From Bdellovibrionota bacterium (GTDB lineage: Bacteria; Bdellovibrionota_C; UBA2361; CAKMMH01), in contig JBMNLI010000010.1 of NCBI GenBank assembly GCA_050952645.1, forward strand, positions 32,001-96,000: a DNA stretch of 64,000 nucleotides, in the 5' to 3' direction. The notes under the pieces were generated by a model. That model made no database searches and was not told where the DNA came from. It saw nothing but the letters and a program-made list of their open reading frames with translations. How positions within the stretch are numbered: the first letter of the stretch is position 1; each line of letters opens with the position of its first letter. This document shows, in pieces, positions 10,431-21,546 of this stretch. The position numbers and the translations under genes are program-made.

Positions 10431-11093
10431 CTATAACTGCATAGCTTCAACTGGAGCTTGTTCAGATTTAGAATATTTCACACCTTTAAAAATCCAAACT
10501 TTAATTCCAATAACACCATAAGTCGTGTTCGCTCTTGCCGTAGCATAATCGATTTCAGCCCTTAATGTGTGCAAAGGAATTCTCCCTTCTTTATATTGCT
10601 CAGTTCTAGCGATATCTGCACCATTTAAACGACCACCAACTGAAATTTTTATCCCCTCAGCTCCCATTCTCATAGCCTTATTAACAGCATCTTTTGCAAC
10701 TTTTCTATAATTAGCACGTTTTTCTAATTGGTAAGCCACACTCTCTGCTACTAACTTAGCATCCATATCAGGCTTTCTAGCTTCAATAATATTTAGCACT
10801 ACATCTTTTCCAACTATCTTTTTTAGATGTTTTCTAAGATCATCTATATCTTTACCTTTCTTACCTATTACTAGCCCAGGCTTAGCACTATGAATATTAA
10901 GCTTTATTCTTGCTACGGTTCTTTCAATTTCAATCTTAGAAATACCTGCAGTATGTAATTTTAACTTAACATAATTTCTGACTTTCTCGTCTTCTCCGAT
11001 AAACTTTGCCATATCATCAGCTGAAAACCATTTTGAAAGCCAACCTTCAATAATACCAAGTCTTAAGCCTTTTGGATGTACTTTTTGCCCCAT
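10431..11093 (-). CDS. rpsC: 30S ribosomal protein uS3
   Basis: MGQKVHPKGLRLG..GRLNGADIAR..PLHTLRA.IDY..YGVIGIKVW. Confidence 0.98.
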   Translation of the reverse strand: MGQKVHPKGLRLGIIEGWLSKWFSADDMAKFIGEDEKVRNYVKLKLHTAGISKIEIERTVARIKLNIHSAKPGLVIGKKGKDIDDLRKHLKKIVGKDVVLNIIEARKPDMDAKLVAESVAYQLEKRANYRKVAKDAVNKAMRMGAEGIKISVGGRLNGADIARTEQYKEGRIPLHTLRAEIDYATARANTTYGVIGIKVWIFKGVKYSKSEQAPVEAMQL

Positions 11094-11281
11094 GTATTTT
11101 TTTCCTATACAATTTCTAACTTTCTATTTTAAACTTAAATTTATTTTTAAATTTGTTTTTACAAAAACAAAAAGCTAGAATAAATTATTTATATACTAAA
11201 GTGAAAAATTAAATTTAAATTTATCACTAACTAACTAAAAACCTACTAAAAACTAAGTCGAGCCTAAACTTAAACTAAACT

Positions 11282-11635
11282 TTAGTGAGTTCCTAGTGAA
11301 ATAGTTAAATGCGAGGATCTCTTTCTAATACGAGTAGCAACACCTCTTGCTCGTGGCATAAATCTTCTTAAGGTTCTACCCATATCAACGTAAGCTTGCT
11401 CAACGACTAAATCATCGATATCGATATTGCTATTGTTTCTTGCATTAGCTATCGCAGATTTTAAAACCGAAGACGTAATCTTAGCAGCTTTCTTAGGCAT
11501 AAAAGCCAAAATTTGCAATGCATCACTCACATTTTTTCCTCTTATCAAATCGGCTACTAATCTTAGCTTTCTTGGAGAAATTCTTACCCCTCTAAGAGTA
11601 GCCGTTGACACTGAATTGTTTAAATTACTTCCCAT
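11282..11635 (-). CDS. rplV: 50S ribosomal protein uL22
   Basis: [33 protein letters not shown]. Confidence 0.97.
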   Translation of the reverse strand: MGSNLNNSVSTATLRGVRISPRKLRLVADLIRGKNVSDALQILAFMPKKAAKITSSVLKSAIANARNNSNIDIDDLVVEQAYVDMGRTLRRFMPRARGVATRIRKRSSHLTISLGTH

Positions 11636-11724
11636 ATTATCTTCCTTATCTTCATCATTATCTTTATCATTACCATCCGTCTATTATAGCATTCTATTAT
11701 AGCATTCACTGTATAATTAAAAAC

Positions 11725-11994
11725 TTACTTCTTACCCTTACTCGTGTGTCCTCTATACGTGCGTGTCGGTGCAAACTCTCCTAATTTATGCCCTACCATA
11801 TTATCAGTTACGAATATAGGTAAAAATTTCTGTCCGTTATATACAGCAAAGCTAAGTCCAATCATCTCTGGTAAAATGGTAGACCTACGAGACCAAGTTT
11901 TAATAGGCCCTTTATGAGTGCCATCTTTAGCACGCTTTACCCATTTTAATAAATGTTCATCCACGAATGGACCTTTCTTTAGTGATCTTGGCAT
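11725..11994 (-). CDS. rpsS: 30S ribosomal protein uS19
   Basis: [30 protein letters not shown]. Confidence 0.98.
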   Translation of the reverse strand: MPRSLKKGPFVDEHLLKWVKRAKDGTHKGPIKTWSRRSTILPEMIGLSFAVYNGQKFLPIFVTDNMVGHKLGEFAPTRTYRGHTSKGKK

Positions 11995-12027
11995 TTTTAT
12001 TTATCCTCCAAAAATTCTACGTAAAAA

Positions 12028-12861
12028 TTAACGTTTCTTAACCGTTCTTCCTCTTACTATAAATTTACTAGTTCTCTTATTTACTCTCGTTTTATACCCC
12101 TTAGTAGGTAGTCCCTTAGGTGTACAAGGATGTCTTCCTCCTGAGGATTTACCTTCACCACCACCCATCGGATGATCTACTGGGTTCATAGCAACACCTC
12201 TCGTGTGTGGTCTTCTATTAAGCCACCTACTGCGTCCTGCTTTTCCTAATTCAATATTTTTATGTTCAGCATTACCTACTACTCCAATAGTAGCATAACA
12301 CTCAGCAAAAATTTTCCTTAGCTCTCCTGATGGCATTTTTACTAAGCAATAAGCACCTTCTTTACCTACTAATTGAGCTGAAACACCTGCTGCTCTAACT
12401 AATTTTGCACCAGCTCCAACTTTAAGTTCGATATTGTGAATTTGTTGTCCTAAAGGGATATTCTTAATTTTCAAAGAATTTGCTACCTTTATCTCAACAT
12501 TATCACCACTTACAACCGTATCACCTACCTTCAGACCATTTGGTGCTAAAATATAAGCTTTTGCACCATCTGCATAATGTAAAAGTGCTATTCTCGCACT
12601 ACGGTTTGGATCGTATTCTAAGTAAGCAACCCTTGCAGGAACATCTTTTTTCCTTCTCTTAAAATCGATTATCCTATATAGTTTCTTATGTCCACCACCT
12701 TTGTTTATATTCGTATAACGCCCATAGCTATTTTTACCCGTTGCAGCTCTCTTTGGAGCAACTAGAGACTTTTCAGGTCTTTTGTTTGCAAGCCCTGAAA
12801 AATCAGCAACAGTATACGTTCTTCTCGATGGTGTTGTTGGTTTAAATTTCTTAAGTGCCAT
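12028..12861 (-). CDS. rplB: 50S ribosomal protein uL2
   Basis: [41 protein letters not shown]. Confidence 0.98.
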   Translation of the reverse strand: MALKKFKPTTPSRRTYTVADFSGLANKRPEKSLVAPKRAATGKNSYGRYTNINKGGGHKKLYRIIDFKRRKKDVPARVAYLEYDPNRSARIALLHYADGAKAYILAPNGLKVGDTVVSGDNVEIKVANSLKIKNIPLGQQIHNIELKVGAGAKLVRAAGVSAQLVGKEGAYCLVKMPSGELRKIFAECYATIGVVGNAEHKNIELGKAGRSRWLNRRPHTRGVAMNPVDHPMGGGEGKSSGGRHPCTPKGLPTKGYKTRVNKRTSKFIVRGRTVKKR

Positions 12862-12936
12862 TTTACTAATACCTATTTTTTAATAATATTTTTTATAGCA
12901 AATTACATTAACTAATTTATAGTTTTTAATTTAGAG

Positions 12937-13251
12937 TTATAACCCTTCAATTAAATTATCTATCTTACTTCCCTCCTTAAGAGTTACGTAAGCTTTTTTA
13001 TATCTTCGTGTAGTTCCGATACCTCTTGTAGTTCTTTTCACTTTGCCGACATAATTACAAGTTCTTACTTTCTCAACTTGCACATTGAAAAGTCTTTCAA
13101 TCGCTTCTTTTATTTGGATCTTAGTAGAATTTAAACAAACACAAAAAGTGTAAGTATTATAATCACTATTTAATCCCGTAGTCTTTTCAGTAAGCATCGG
13201 ATATCTAATCAATTCATAATCTTTAATTTTAGGAGTTATCTGTTTAGCCAT
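12937..13251 (-). CDS. rplW: 50S ribosomal protein uL23
   Basis: PMLTEKT..KIQIKEAIERLFNVQV..KKAYVTL. Confidence 0.96.
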   Translation of the reverse strand: MAKQITPKIKDYELIRYPMLTEKTTGLNSDYNTYTFCVCLNSTKIQIKEAIERLFNVQVEKVRTCNYVGKVKRTTRGIGTTRRYKKAYVTLKEGSKIDNLIEGL

Positions 13252-13297
13252 TTTTACCTCAATCGTTTTATTTTAATTTAAAAATTTTATTTTAAAC

Positions 13298-13948
13298 TTA
13301 TCTCTTTATTCTTTCTTCTAACATCGAAACAGCTTCTTTAGTGCAAACTAGAATTTTATGTTTAACTAAATCATAAACATTTGCACCTTCAACCGATAAT
13401 GTTAATACTTTTTGAAGATTTGAAGAGGCTCTTAAAAGATTTTCATTTCCTGCTTTATCTATAAAAGCTATTCCTCTTTTATTTAAATCTTCTTTTACTA
13501 TTTTTAAATTCTCTATAACATTAACTAGCCCCTTTGTTTTATGCGAATCTAAATCTAAAGAATCTAATATATATAAATTCTTTTTATTTACTTTATCAGT
13601 TAAAACCGATGATAAAGCTTGTCTCCTAGTTCTTTTTGACAATCTCGTTTCGTAATCTCTTGGCTTAGGTCCAAAAGCCACACCTCCTCCTACCCACACA
13701 GGAGATCTATTGCTTCCAGAACGAGCAGTTCCACGCCCCTTTTGTCTCCAAGGCTTTTTACCACCTCCAGAAACCTGAGCCTTAGTTTTAGTGCTATGAG
13801 TTCCAGCTCTTCTTTTTGCTAACTGCCAAACAACAGTTTGATGAACAAGCTCTGGTGAAACAGCAGCACCAAAAACTTCTGGATCTAAACTAATATTTCC
13901 TACTACCTCACCTGCCATATTATGTATATCGTATTGTAAAGCTTCCAC
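13298..13948 (-). CDS. rplD: 50S ribosomal protein uL4 (GTG start)
   Basis: RAGTHSTKT..VSGGGKKPWRQKG..GGGVAFGPKPRDY. Confidence 0.97.
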   Translation of the reverse strand: MEALQYDIHNMAGEVVGNISLDPEVFGAAVSPELVHQTVVWQLAKRRAGTHSTKTKAQVSGGGKKPWRQKGRGTARSGSNRSPVWVGGGVAFGPKPRDYETRLSKRTRRQALSSVLTDKVNKKNLYILDSLDLDSHKTKGLVNVIENLKIVKEDLNKRGIAFIDKAGNENLLRASSNLQKVLTLSVEGANVYDLVKHKILVCTKEAVSMLEERIKR

Positions 13949-13992
13949 AGCTAACCACCTCTTTTTTTCAAATCATACAAATTATAAAAACT

Positions 13993-14664
13993 TTAAGCAG
14001 CTCGTTTCTTACTAGATTTTTTTACTGCATTTTTAATAATTACCATGCCACCTTTCGGTCCTGGAACGGCTCCTTTAACCATAATAAGATTTTTGTCTTC
14101 ATCAACAGCAACGACTTTTAAATTTTGAGTCGTTACGGTTTCACAGCCCATGCGACCAGGCATATTCCTATTGCCTAGACTCGTTCTACTACCTATTGAA
14201 CCGATATTTCTTCTATGTTCATGAGTTCCATGAGTTGCAGCCTGACCTTTATAGTTATAACGCTTCATAACACCTGCAAAGCCTTTACCTTTCGATATCC
14301 CCGTGATATCAACAAAAACACCTTGAGAAAAAATATCTTTAGCTGAAATTTCAGCACCGATAGTTAGGTCTGCTAATTTCGAGCCTTTTGAGAACCTAAG
14401 CTCTTTAACGTATTTGAACGCACCTTTTTTTGCTTTTGCAAAATGTCCCATTAAAGGCTTATTTACTCTTTGTGTTTTCTTAGCTTGGTAGCCAAACTCT
14501 ACAGCTTGATAGCCATTCTTTTCCTCACTTTTAATGCCAAGAACATAACACGGACCTGCTTCTACTAATGTAACTGGGATACACTGTCCCTGTTCATCGA
14601 ATATTTGCGTCATCCCTATTTTTTTTCCTAGCAAACCATCTTGGTAAACTCTTTTTGTTGTCAT
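13993..14664 (-). CDS. rplC: 50S ribosomal protein uL3
   Basis: GKKIGMTQIF..SKGKGFAGVMKR..GSIG..MPGRMG..VKGAVPG. Confidence 0.97.
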   Translation of the reverse strand: MTTKRVYQDGLLGKKIGMTQIFDEQGQCIPVTLVEAGPCYVLGIKSEEKNGYQAVEFGYQAKKTQRVNKPLMGHFAKAKKGAFKYVKELRFSKGSKLADLTIGAEISAKDIFSQGVFVDITGISKGKGFAGVMKRYNYKGQAATHGTHEHRRNIGSIGSRTSLGNRNMPGRMGCETVTTQNLKVVAVDEDKNLIMVKGAVPGPKGGMVIIKNAVKKSSKKRAA

Positions 14665-14873
14665 TTACTTAACTCCTCTCTCATACGCACTATTTTGCGT
14701 ATTTTCGATACTTATAAACTTAACGCTCAAACTTAACACTAAAACTTAACGACGAAAGTGAGCCTAAATTTTTACAATAAACTTTTACAGTAAACTTTGA
14801 TGTAAGTCAAAAATACGAATCTAATACTTTAACTATTTAACATCTACTGTTTAACATGAACTATTGTAATTTA

Positions 14874-15188
14874 CTATTGTAATTTAATTGCTACATCCAC
14901 TCCCGTTGATAATTCTAATTTTCCTAACTCATCTATAGTTTGTTGAGTTGGCTCTAATATATCTAAAAGTCTTTGATGAGTACGCATCTCAAACTGTTCT
15001 CTCGATTTCTTGTCAACAAAGGTCGAACGATTAACCGTAAATCTTTTTACTCTAGTTGGAAACGGTATTGGACCAACAATTCTACCACCAGTCTTTCTTA
15101 CGGCTGAAACGATCTCTTGCACTGCATTATCGAGTAGCTTGTGATCATACCCTCTTAATTTAACTCTTATTCTCTCACTACCTATCAT
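14874..15188 (-). CDS. rpsJ: 30S ribosomal protein uS10
   Basis: [31 protein letters not shown]. Confidence 0.97.
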   Translation of the reverse strand: MIGSERIRVKLRGYDHKLLDNAVQEIVSAVRKTGGRIVGPIPFPTRVKRFTVNRSTFVDKKSREQFEMRTHQRLLDILEPTQQTIDELGKLELSTGVDVAIKLQ

Positions 15189-15227
15189 ATATACTTTGAT
15201 CCTATCACATTTATATTTTAAGATCTT

Positions 15228-15266
15228 TATTTATGCGTAGGAGTAAAAAACTCTCACGCATAAATA
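15228..15266 (-). terminator. Stem-loop between tuf and rpsJ
   Basis: tatttatgcgt / acgcataaata outer stem with an inner gagt/actc pair. Confidence 0.55.
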
Positions 15267-15289
15267 ATTATTTAATAACTTTTTTTTAG

Positions 15290-16486
15290 TTAATCTAAAA
15301 TTTCAGTTACTACTCCTGAACCAACAGTCTTACCACCTTCACGGATAGCAAAACGTACACCCTTTTCCATAGCAATCGGTTGATGCATTTCAATTTCAAA
15401 AGTAATGTTATCACCAGGCATTGCCATTTCAGTACCCTCAGGAAGCTTTATCGAACCAGTTACGTCGGTCGTTCTAAAATAGAATTGTGGTCTATATCCA
15501 GTAAAGAAAGGTTTGTGTCGTCCACCCTCTTCTTTCTTTAAGATATACGTTTGTGCCTTAAAGTGCTTGTATGGTTTAATAGTCCCTGGCTTTGCCATAA
15601 CTTGACCACGCTCGACATCAGTTCTCTTAAGACCACGAAGTAAAAGACCAACATTATCACCAGCCTCACCGTGATCTAATATCTTACGGAACATTTCTAC
15701 ACCAGTAACCACAGCCTTTGTAGTATCTCTTAAACCTACTATTTCAAGCTCATCACCAACAGCAACTTTACCTCTTTCAATACGCCCAGTTGCAACAGTT
15801 CCACGACCTTCAATTGAGAATACATCCTCAACTGGCATTAAGAACGGTTGATCTACAGCTCTTTCAGGAACTGGAATATACTCATCTAGAGTTTTTAACA
15901 ACTCATCGATACTTCCAGTACCAATTTCACTTTCATCACCATTTAATGCTTTTAATGCAGCACCTTTAACAATCGGAGTAGTATCCCCAGGGAAGCCATA
16001 TTCGGTTAATAAATCTCTAACTTCCATTTCTACTAACTCTAAAAGTTCTGCATCGTCAACGATATCAACTTTGTTCAAAAATACTACAATATAAGGAACC
16101 CCTACTTGACGTGCTAAAAGAATATGCTCTCTAGTTTGAGGCATTGGTCCATCAGCAGCACTAACTACTAATATAGCACCGTCCATTTGCGCAGCACCTG
16201 TAATCATATTTTTAACATAGTCTGCGTGTCCTGGGCAGTCAACGTGTGCGTAGTGACGATTTTCAGTTTCATATTCAACGTGAGCACTAGCGATAGTAAC
16301 CGTTTTACCAGCATCACGAACAGTTCCACCTTTAGCAATATCTGAATAAGATTTTGCTTTTGCTAAAGCACGCTTTGCTTGCGTATTAACTAGCGCTGCC
16401 GTCAACGTCGTTTTTCCATGGTCTACGTGCCCAATGGTCCCCACATTAACGTGAGGTTTAGTTCTTGTATATTTCTCCTTTGCCAT
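15290..16486 (-). CDS. tuf: elongation factor Tu
   Basis: [41 protein letters not shown]. Switch I is atypical (see findings). Confidence 0.98.
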   Translation of the reverse strand: MAKEKYTRTKPHVNVGTIGHVDHGKTTLTAALVNTQAKRALAKAKSYSDIAKGGTVRDAGKTVTIASAHVEYETENRHYAHVDCPGHADYVKNMITGAAQMDGAILVVSAADGPMPQTREHILLARQVGVPYIVVFLNKVDIVDDAELLELVEMEVRDLLTEYGFPGDTTPIVKGAALKALNGDESEIGTGSIDELLKTLDEYIPVPERAVDQPFLMPVEDVFSIEGRGTVATGRIERGKVAVGDELEIVGLRDTTKAVVTGVEMFRKILDHGEAGDNVGLLLRGLKRTDVERGQVMAKPGTIKPYKHFKAQTYILKKEEGGRHKPFFTGYRPQFYFRTTDVTGSIKLPEGTEMAMPGDNITFEIEMHQPIAMEKGVRFAIREGGKTVGSGVVTEILD

Positions 16487-16673
16487 ATTTAAACTCCTAA
16501 AAAGTTAACAAATTCAACATTTGAGCGATTGCAAACATAAAAATGTTTTTGACCATGGCAATACACTCATACTCCAATTATAAGAACAAAAAAACTCTAT
16601 TCTTATAAACTAATATCTTTATTTTAAGTTCTTCACGTCTTTCTTCACGTTCTAAGTTTCTTACATTCTAAGT

Positions 16674-16747
16674 TTCTTCACGTTTTAAGGTGGGTTTAAG
16701 ACCTCAAAATTAGCATCACTGCCCCCACTCTAAAACACGTAAAGAAC
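16674..16747. repeat. Palindromic interspersed element, copy A (fusA-tuf spacer), preceded by partial tandem copies of its left end at 16629-16673
   Basis: ttcttcacgttttaaggtgggtttaagacctcaaaattagcatcactgcccccactctaaaacacgtaaagaa, similar to the copies at 30453 and 63389. Confidence 0.8.
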
Positions 16748-16777
16748 TTTATTTTACATCTTCTAATTTATAATTCT

Positions 16778-18868
16778 CTAATTTATAATCCCCTCTGCTA
16801 CCTGTGCTGGCACTGGTGCATAATGAGAATATTCCATAGAATAACTAGCCCTACCTTGCGAGCCAGACCTAAGGTCTGTTGCATAACCAAACATCTCAGA
16901 TAGTGGCACCTCTGCATTGATAACGGTAGCACCAGAGCGAGGTTCCATGCCCATAATCTTAGCCCTTCTTCTGTTTAAATCACCTACTATATTACTTGAA
17001 AAGTCATCTGGCGTTACCACCTCAACTTTCATTATAGGCTCAAGTAGCGTCATACCAGCTTTTTTAGCACCCTCTTTAACACAAATAGAGCCAGCGATTT
17101 TAAAAGCCATCTCACTCGAGTCAACCTCGTGGAAACTTCCATAATATAATGCAACTTTAATATCTATTACTGGGTATCCAGCTAAAATTCCACCCTTTAA
17201 AGCTTCCTCGACACCAGCCTTAACGGCAGGTATATATTCTTTAGGAATAACACCCCCTTTAATCTCATCTACAAACTCAAGGCCACTCCCTGGTTGCAAA
17301 GGCTCTAGACGAAGAAGCACGTGTCCATATTGACCTCGTCCTCCAGATTGTTTTGCATACTTATGCTCATGCTCAACTTTAGAATTAATAGTTTCTCTAT
17401 ATGCAACTTGAGGTTTACCAACCGTAGTTTCTACATTAAACTCTCTTTTAAGCCTATCTACGATAACCTCTAAGTGAAGCTCCCCCATACCTGCAATTAT
17501 AGTTTGCCCAGACTCAGCATCTGAACTTACATAAAGCGAAGGGTCTTCTTTTGAAAGTTTCATAAGAGCTATACCCATATTTTCTTCATCAGTCTTAGTC
17601 TTAGGCTCGATAGCTATTTTAATAACTGGCTCAGGAGACGTAATGTTTTCTAGTAAAATTGGCGTTTCTTGCATACATAATGTATCACCAGTAACCGTTT
17701 CTTTCAAACCTACCGCAGCACCAATTTCCCCAGCACCTAACTCTTTAAGATCTTCTCTAACATTAGCATGCATTCTTAAAATTCTACCTACTCTTTCTCT
17801 TTTACCTTGAGTAGCATTGTAAATCGTAGAACCAGCAGTAAGTTTCCCAGAATAAATTCTAAAGAAAGTAAGAACTCCTACATAAGGATCAGTAACGATT
17901 TTAAATGCTAAAGCCGAAAAAGGCTCATCCCCATCAGCCTTTCTAACGATTGGCTCGCCATCAGGATCATTAGGATTAACACCCTCGATAGCTTTAACAT
18001 CTAATGGAGAAGGAAGATAATCTATTACACCATCTAAAAGCGGCTGAACTCCTTTGTTCCTAAAAGAGCTTCCTCCAAACACTGGAAATATCTTTAATGA
18101 TAATGTCCCTTTTCTTAAAGCTTTTTTAATTTCTTCTTCAGAAATCTCTTCACCCTCTAAAAACTTTTCCATCAATGCATCATCGACCTCTGAAACTGCC
18201 TCTAATAACTCTTCTCTAGCTTTTTCTACCTCTTCTTTCATATCCTCAGGAATATCAACAAACTTAAATGTTGACCCTTTGTCTGCATCTTCAAAAACCA
18301 TTCCTCTCATTTTTACAAGGTCTACTACACCACGCAAATTCGACTCTGCACCTATAGGAAGCTGAACTCTTATAGCGTTTGCTCCTAATTTTTCTCTAAT
18401 CGTGCTAATTGCGTAATTAAAATTAGCTCCAGTTTTATCCATTTTATTTATAAAACAAATTCTAGGAACGCTAAACTTATCTGCTTGACGCCATACGGTC
18501 TCAGATTGAGGCTGAACTCCATCTACAGCATCGAAAACTGCAACGGCACCATCTAACACTCTTAAGCTTCTCTCCACTTCAATAGTAAAATCAACGTGCC
18601 CTGGAGTGTCGATAATATTTATTTGATGGCTATCATATTGATGCTCAGAGCCTTTCCAATAACATACGGTAGCAGCAGATGTAATCGTGATACCTCGCTC
18701 TTGCTCTTGAGCCATGTAATCCATAGTAGCAGCACCATCATGCACTTCACCTAATTTGTGGTTTTCTCCAGTGTAATATAAAATTCTTTCAGTGGTAGTA
18801 GTTTTACCAGCATCAATATGTGCCATAATGCCGATATTACGCAACTTGTGAAGATCCTTTTTTGCCAC
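16778..18868 (-). CDS. fusA: elongation factor G
   Basis: [47 protein letters not shown]. Confidence 0.98.
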   Translation of the reverse strand: MAKKDLHKLRNIGIMAHIDAGKTTTTERILYYTGENHKLGEVHDGAATMDYMAQEQERGITITSAATVCYWKGSEHQYDSHQINIIDTPGHVDFTIEVERSLRVLDGAVAVFDAVDGVQPQSETVWRQADKFSVPRICFINKMDKTGANFNYAISTIREKLGANAIRVQLPIGAESNLRGVVDLVKMRGMVFEDADKGSTFKFVDIPEDMKEEVEKAREELLEAVSEVDDALMEKFLEGEEISEEEIKKALRKGTLSLKIFPVFGGSSFRNKGVQPLLDGVIDYLPSPLDVKAIEGVNPNDPDGEPIVRKADGDEPFSALAFKIVTDPYVGVLTFFRIYSGKLTAGSTIYNATQGKRERVGRILRMHANVREDLKELGAGEIGAAVGLKETVTGDTLCMQETPILLENITSPEPVIKIAIEPKTKTDEENMGIALMKLSKEDPSLYVSSDAESGQTIIAGMGELHLEVIVDRLKREFNVETTVGKPQVAYRETINSKVEHEHKYAKQSGGRGQYGHVLLRLEPLQPGSGLEFVDEIKGGVIPKEYIPAVKAGVEEALKGGILAGYPVIDIKVALYYGSFHEVDSSEMAFKIAGSICVKEGAKKAGMTLLEPIMKVEVVTPDDFSSNIVGDLNRRRAKIMGMEPRSGATVINAEVPLSEMFGYATDLRSGSQGRASYSMEYSHYAPVPAQVAEGIIN

Positions 18869-18937
18869 CTTGTTATTCTCCTAAATATATCTAATAAAAA
18901 ATCAAATTTAAAAAATTATATTAAAATTTATTTTAAG

Positions 18938-19411
<474 letters not shown>

Positions 19412-19578
19412 TTAACCCCTTTCTTTATTTATTTTTTTTATTTTTATTTAAATTATTTTTATCTAACTTTTATTTCTATCTAATTATTTCTGTCTAATTT
19501 ATAATTTATAATTTGTTTAAACTATAAAAACGCCACGACTTAACACCTAGCGTTTATCTTAAATTTTTTTAAAACTTC

Positions 19579-19953
19579 TTATTTCTTAGGCCTTTTTGCA
19601 CCATACTTAGAACGACTCTTCTTACGGCCTTGAACGCCGTGAGTTTCAAGTTTACCTCTAATTATATGATAACGCACACCTGGAAGGTCCTTAACACGCC
19701 CTCCTCTTATCAATACAACGGAGTGTTCTTGCAAATTATGTCCTATACCAGGAATATAACTAGTTACCTCTACACCCGTCGTTAAACGAATACGAGCAAC
19801 TTTTCTTAGAGCCGAGTTTGGTTTCTTTGGAGTTTGTGTATATACACGTGTGCAAACTCCTCTTCTTTGAGGACAAGCTTTTAATGCGGGTGCTGCAGTC
19901 TTCTTAACTTTATCTTGTCTTCTTTTTCTTACTAACTGATTAATCGTTGGCAT
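19579..19953 (-). CDS. rpsL: 30S ribosomal protein uS12
   Basis: [30 protein letters not shown]. Confidence 0.98.
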   Translation of the reverse strand: MPTINQLVRKRRQDKVKKTAAPALKACPQRRGVCTRVYTQTPKKPNSALRKVARIRLTTGVEVTSYIPGIGHNLQEHSVVLIRGGRVKDLPGVRYHIIRGKLETHGVQGRKKSRSKYGAKRPKK

Positions 19954-20540
19954 AACGCCTTATCTCCATTAATTTAAATTCACAACTAAATTTATAAATA
20001 ATTTTCATGAGTTTTATTACAAAATAAAAAATACACAAAAATTACCTCTTCTTAAATTTTTTAAGTTATAAAAATTTTTAAGTTATAATTAAAAAATTTA
20101 GGATTCTTTAACTAAAATTACTATAATAAACTATTATATTAAATTAAAATTATTTTAAGGTCAACGCTCATTTGAATTTTAATATAAATAAATACTATAA
20201 ACCATCTATTATTATTTCTTATATTATTTTCTTATACTACTCTTTACACTAATGATAAACACTAATGATAACGTTTATATATTCTTGTTTATTTTTTTTT
20301 ATGACAAACTTACCTTACTTTTAAGATGAATAACCTAAAAATCTAGGATGATTACTTAAGCAGAGCATCTTACAAACTCTAAAAGTAAATTTGGGTAACA
20401 TCGCATAGTCAATATAAATACCATTTTTTTATTATACTTGTCAATGACCTAAGAAAATATTTTTTAATTTATATTCTTTAGTTTATATTCTTTAATTTAT
20501 GTTCTTTAATTTATATTAAAGACAATATATAATTTGCTTT

Positions 20541-21530
20541 ATGAAAAAAACTAAAAGAATATTAACAGGAGATAGACCAACTGGGCAATTACACCTTGGG
20601 CATTACGTTGGTTCTTTAAAAAACAGAGTAAAATTACAAGATGATTACGATTGCTACTTTATAATAGCAAACTGGCAAGTCTTTACAGATCACTTAACTA
20701 AATATAAGGAAATCAAAAAAAATATTTTTGAACTTATGTGCGATTATTTAGCCATAGGATTAAAACCTACTAATACTTTCTTTATCCAATCTGAAATACC
20801 AGAGCTTGCAGAGCTTACGATGTGTTTTTCTTTTATAGTTTCACTAGCTAGATTACAAAGAAATCCAACGATAAAAGATGAGATTAAAACTTATGGAGTT
20901 GGAGAAGTTTCTTACGGACTAATTGGCTACCCAGTATCTCAAGCCGCCGATATTTTAGCGTTTAAAGCCGACTGTGTCCCTGTCGGGCAAGACCAGATGC
21001 CACACGTTGAACAGACTAGAGAAATCGCAAGAAGTTTTAACCACGCATTTGGGAAAAAAGTTTTTAAACTTCCAGAAGGATTAGTCGGGGAAGTTCCAAG
21101 ATTAGCGGGGCTAGATGGCAATCATAAAATGAGCAAAAGCCTTGATAACATCATATCGTTTGCTCACTCTGAAGAAGAAACTACAAAAAGAGTGCTTACA
21201 ATGGTAACGGATACTAAAAGAGTTTATAAAAAAGACAAAGGGCATCCAGATGAATGTTTTGCTTTCACGTATTGGAAAATTTTTGCACCAGAATGCGCAG
21301 ACGAAATTAGAAGCGAATGTGAAAGCGCAAGTATAGGTTGTAGAGATTGCAAAGCGAAATTTGCATGCAAGCTAAACGAATCACTTCGAGAAATACGAGA
21401 AAAAAGACATTTCTATGAAGATAATCCTAAGAAAGTTTCGGATATTTTAAACGAAGGAACGCTTAGAGCAAAAAATGTTGCAAGAGAAACCCTTATGGAA
21501 GTAAAAGACGCTATGGGGATAAAGTTTTAA
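20541..21530 (+). CDS. trpS: tryptophan--tRNA ligase
   Basis: TGDRPTGQLHLGHY (HIGH), YPVSQAADI, VPVGQDQ, KMSKS. Confidence 0.96.
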   Translation: MKKTKRILTGDRPTGQLHLGHYVGSLKNRVKLQDDYDCYFIIANWQVFTDHLTKYKEIKKNIFELMCDYLAIGLKPTNTFFIQSEIPELAELTMCFSFIVSLARLQRNPTIKDEIKTYGVGEVSYGLIGYPVSQAADILAFKADCVPVGQDQMPHVEQTREIARSFNHAFGKKVFKLPEGLVGEVPRLAGLDGNHKMSKSLDNIISFAHSEEETTKRVLTMVTDTKRVYKKDKGHPDECFAFTYWKIFAPECADEIRSECESASIGCRDCKAKFACKLNESLREIREKRHFYEDNPKKVSDILNEGTLRAKNVARETLMEVKDAMGIKF

Positions 21531-21546
21531 TAAGATTTTTAGTTCT

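Noticed and set aside
16629..16700. Repeated ttcttcacgt units, and the 12-bp repeats at 59548-59616, as a possible CRISPR array
   Set aside because: The units are short, directly tandem and lack unique spacers; there are no cas genes.
19954..20540. Possible T-box or riboswitch ahead of trpS
   Set aside because: No T-box consensus or specifier stem was recognised; only AT-rich hairpins and tandem duplications are present.
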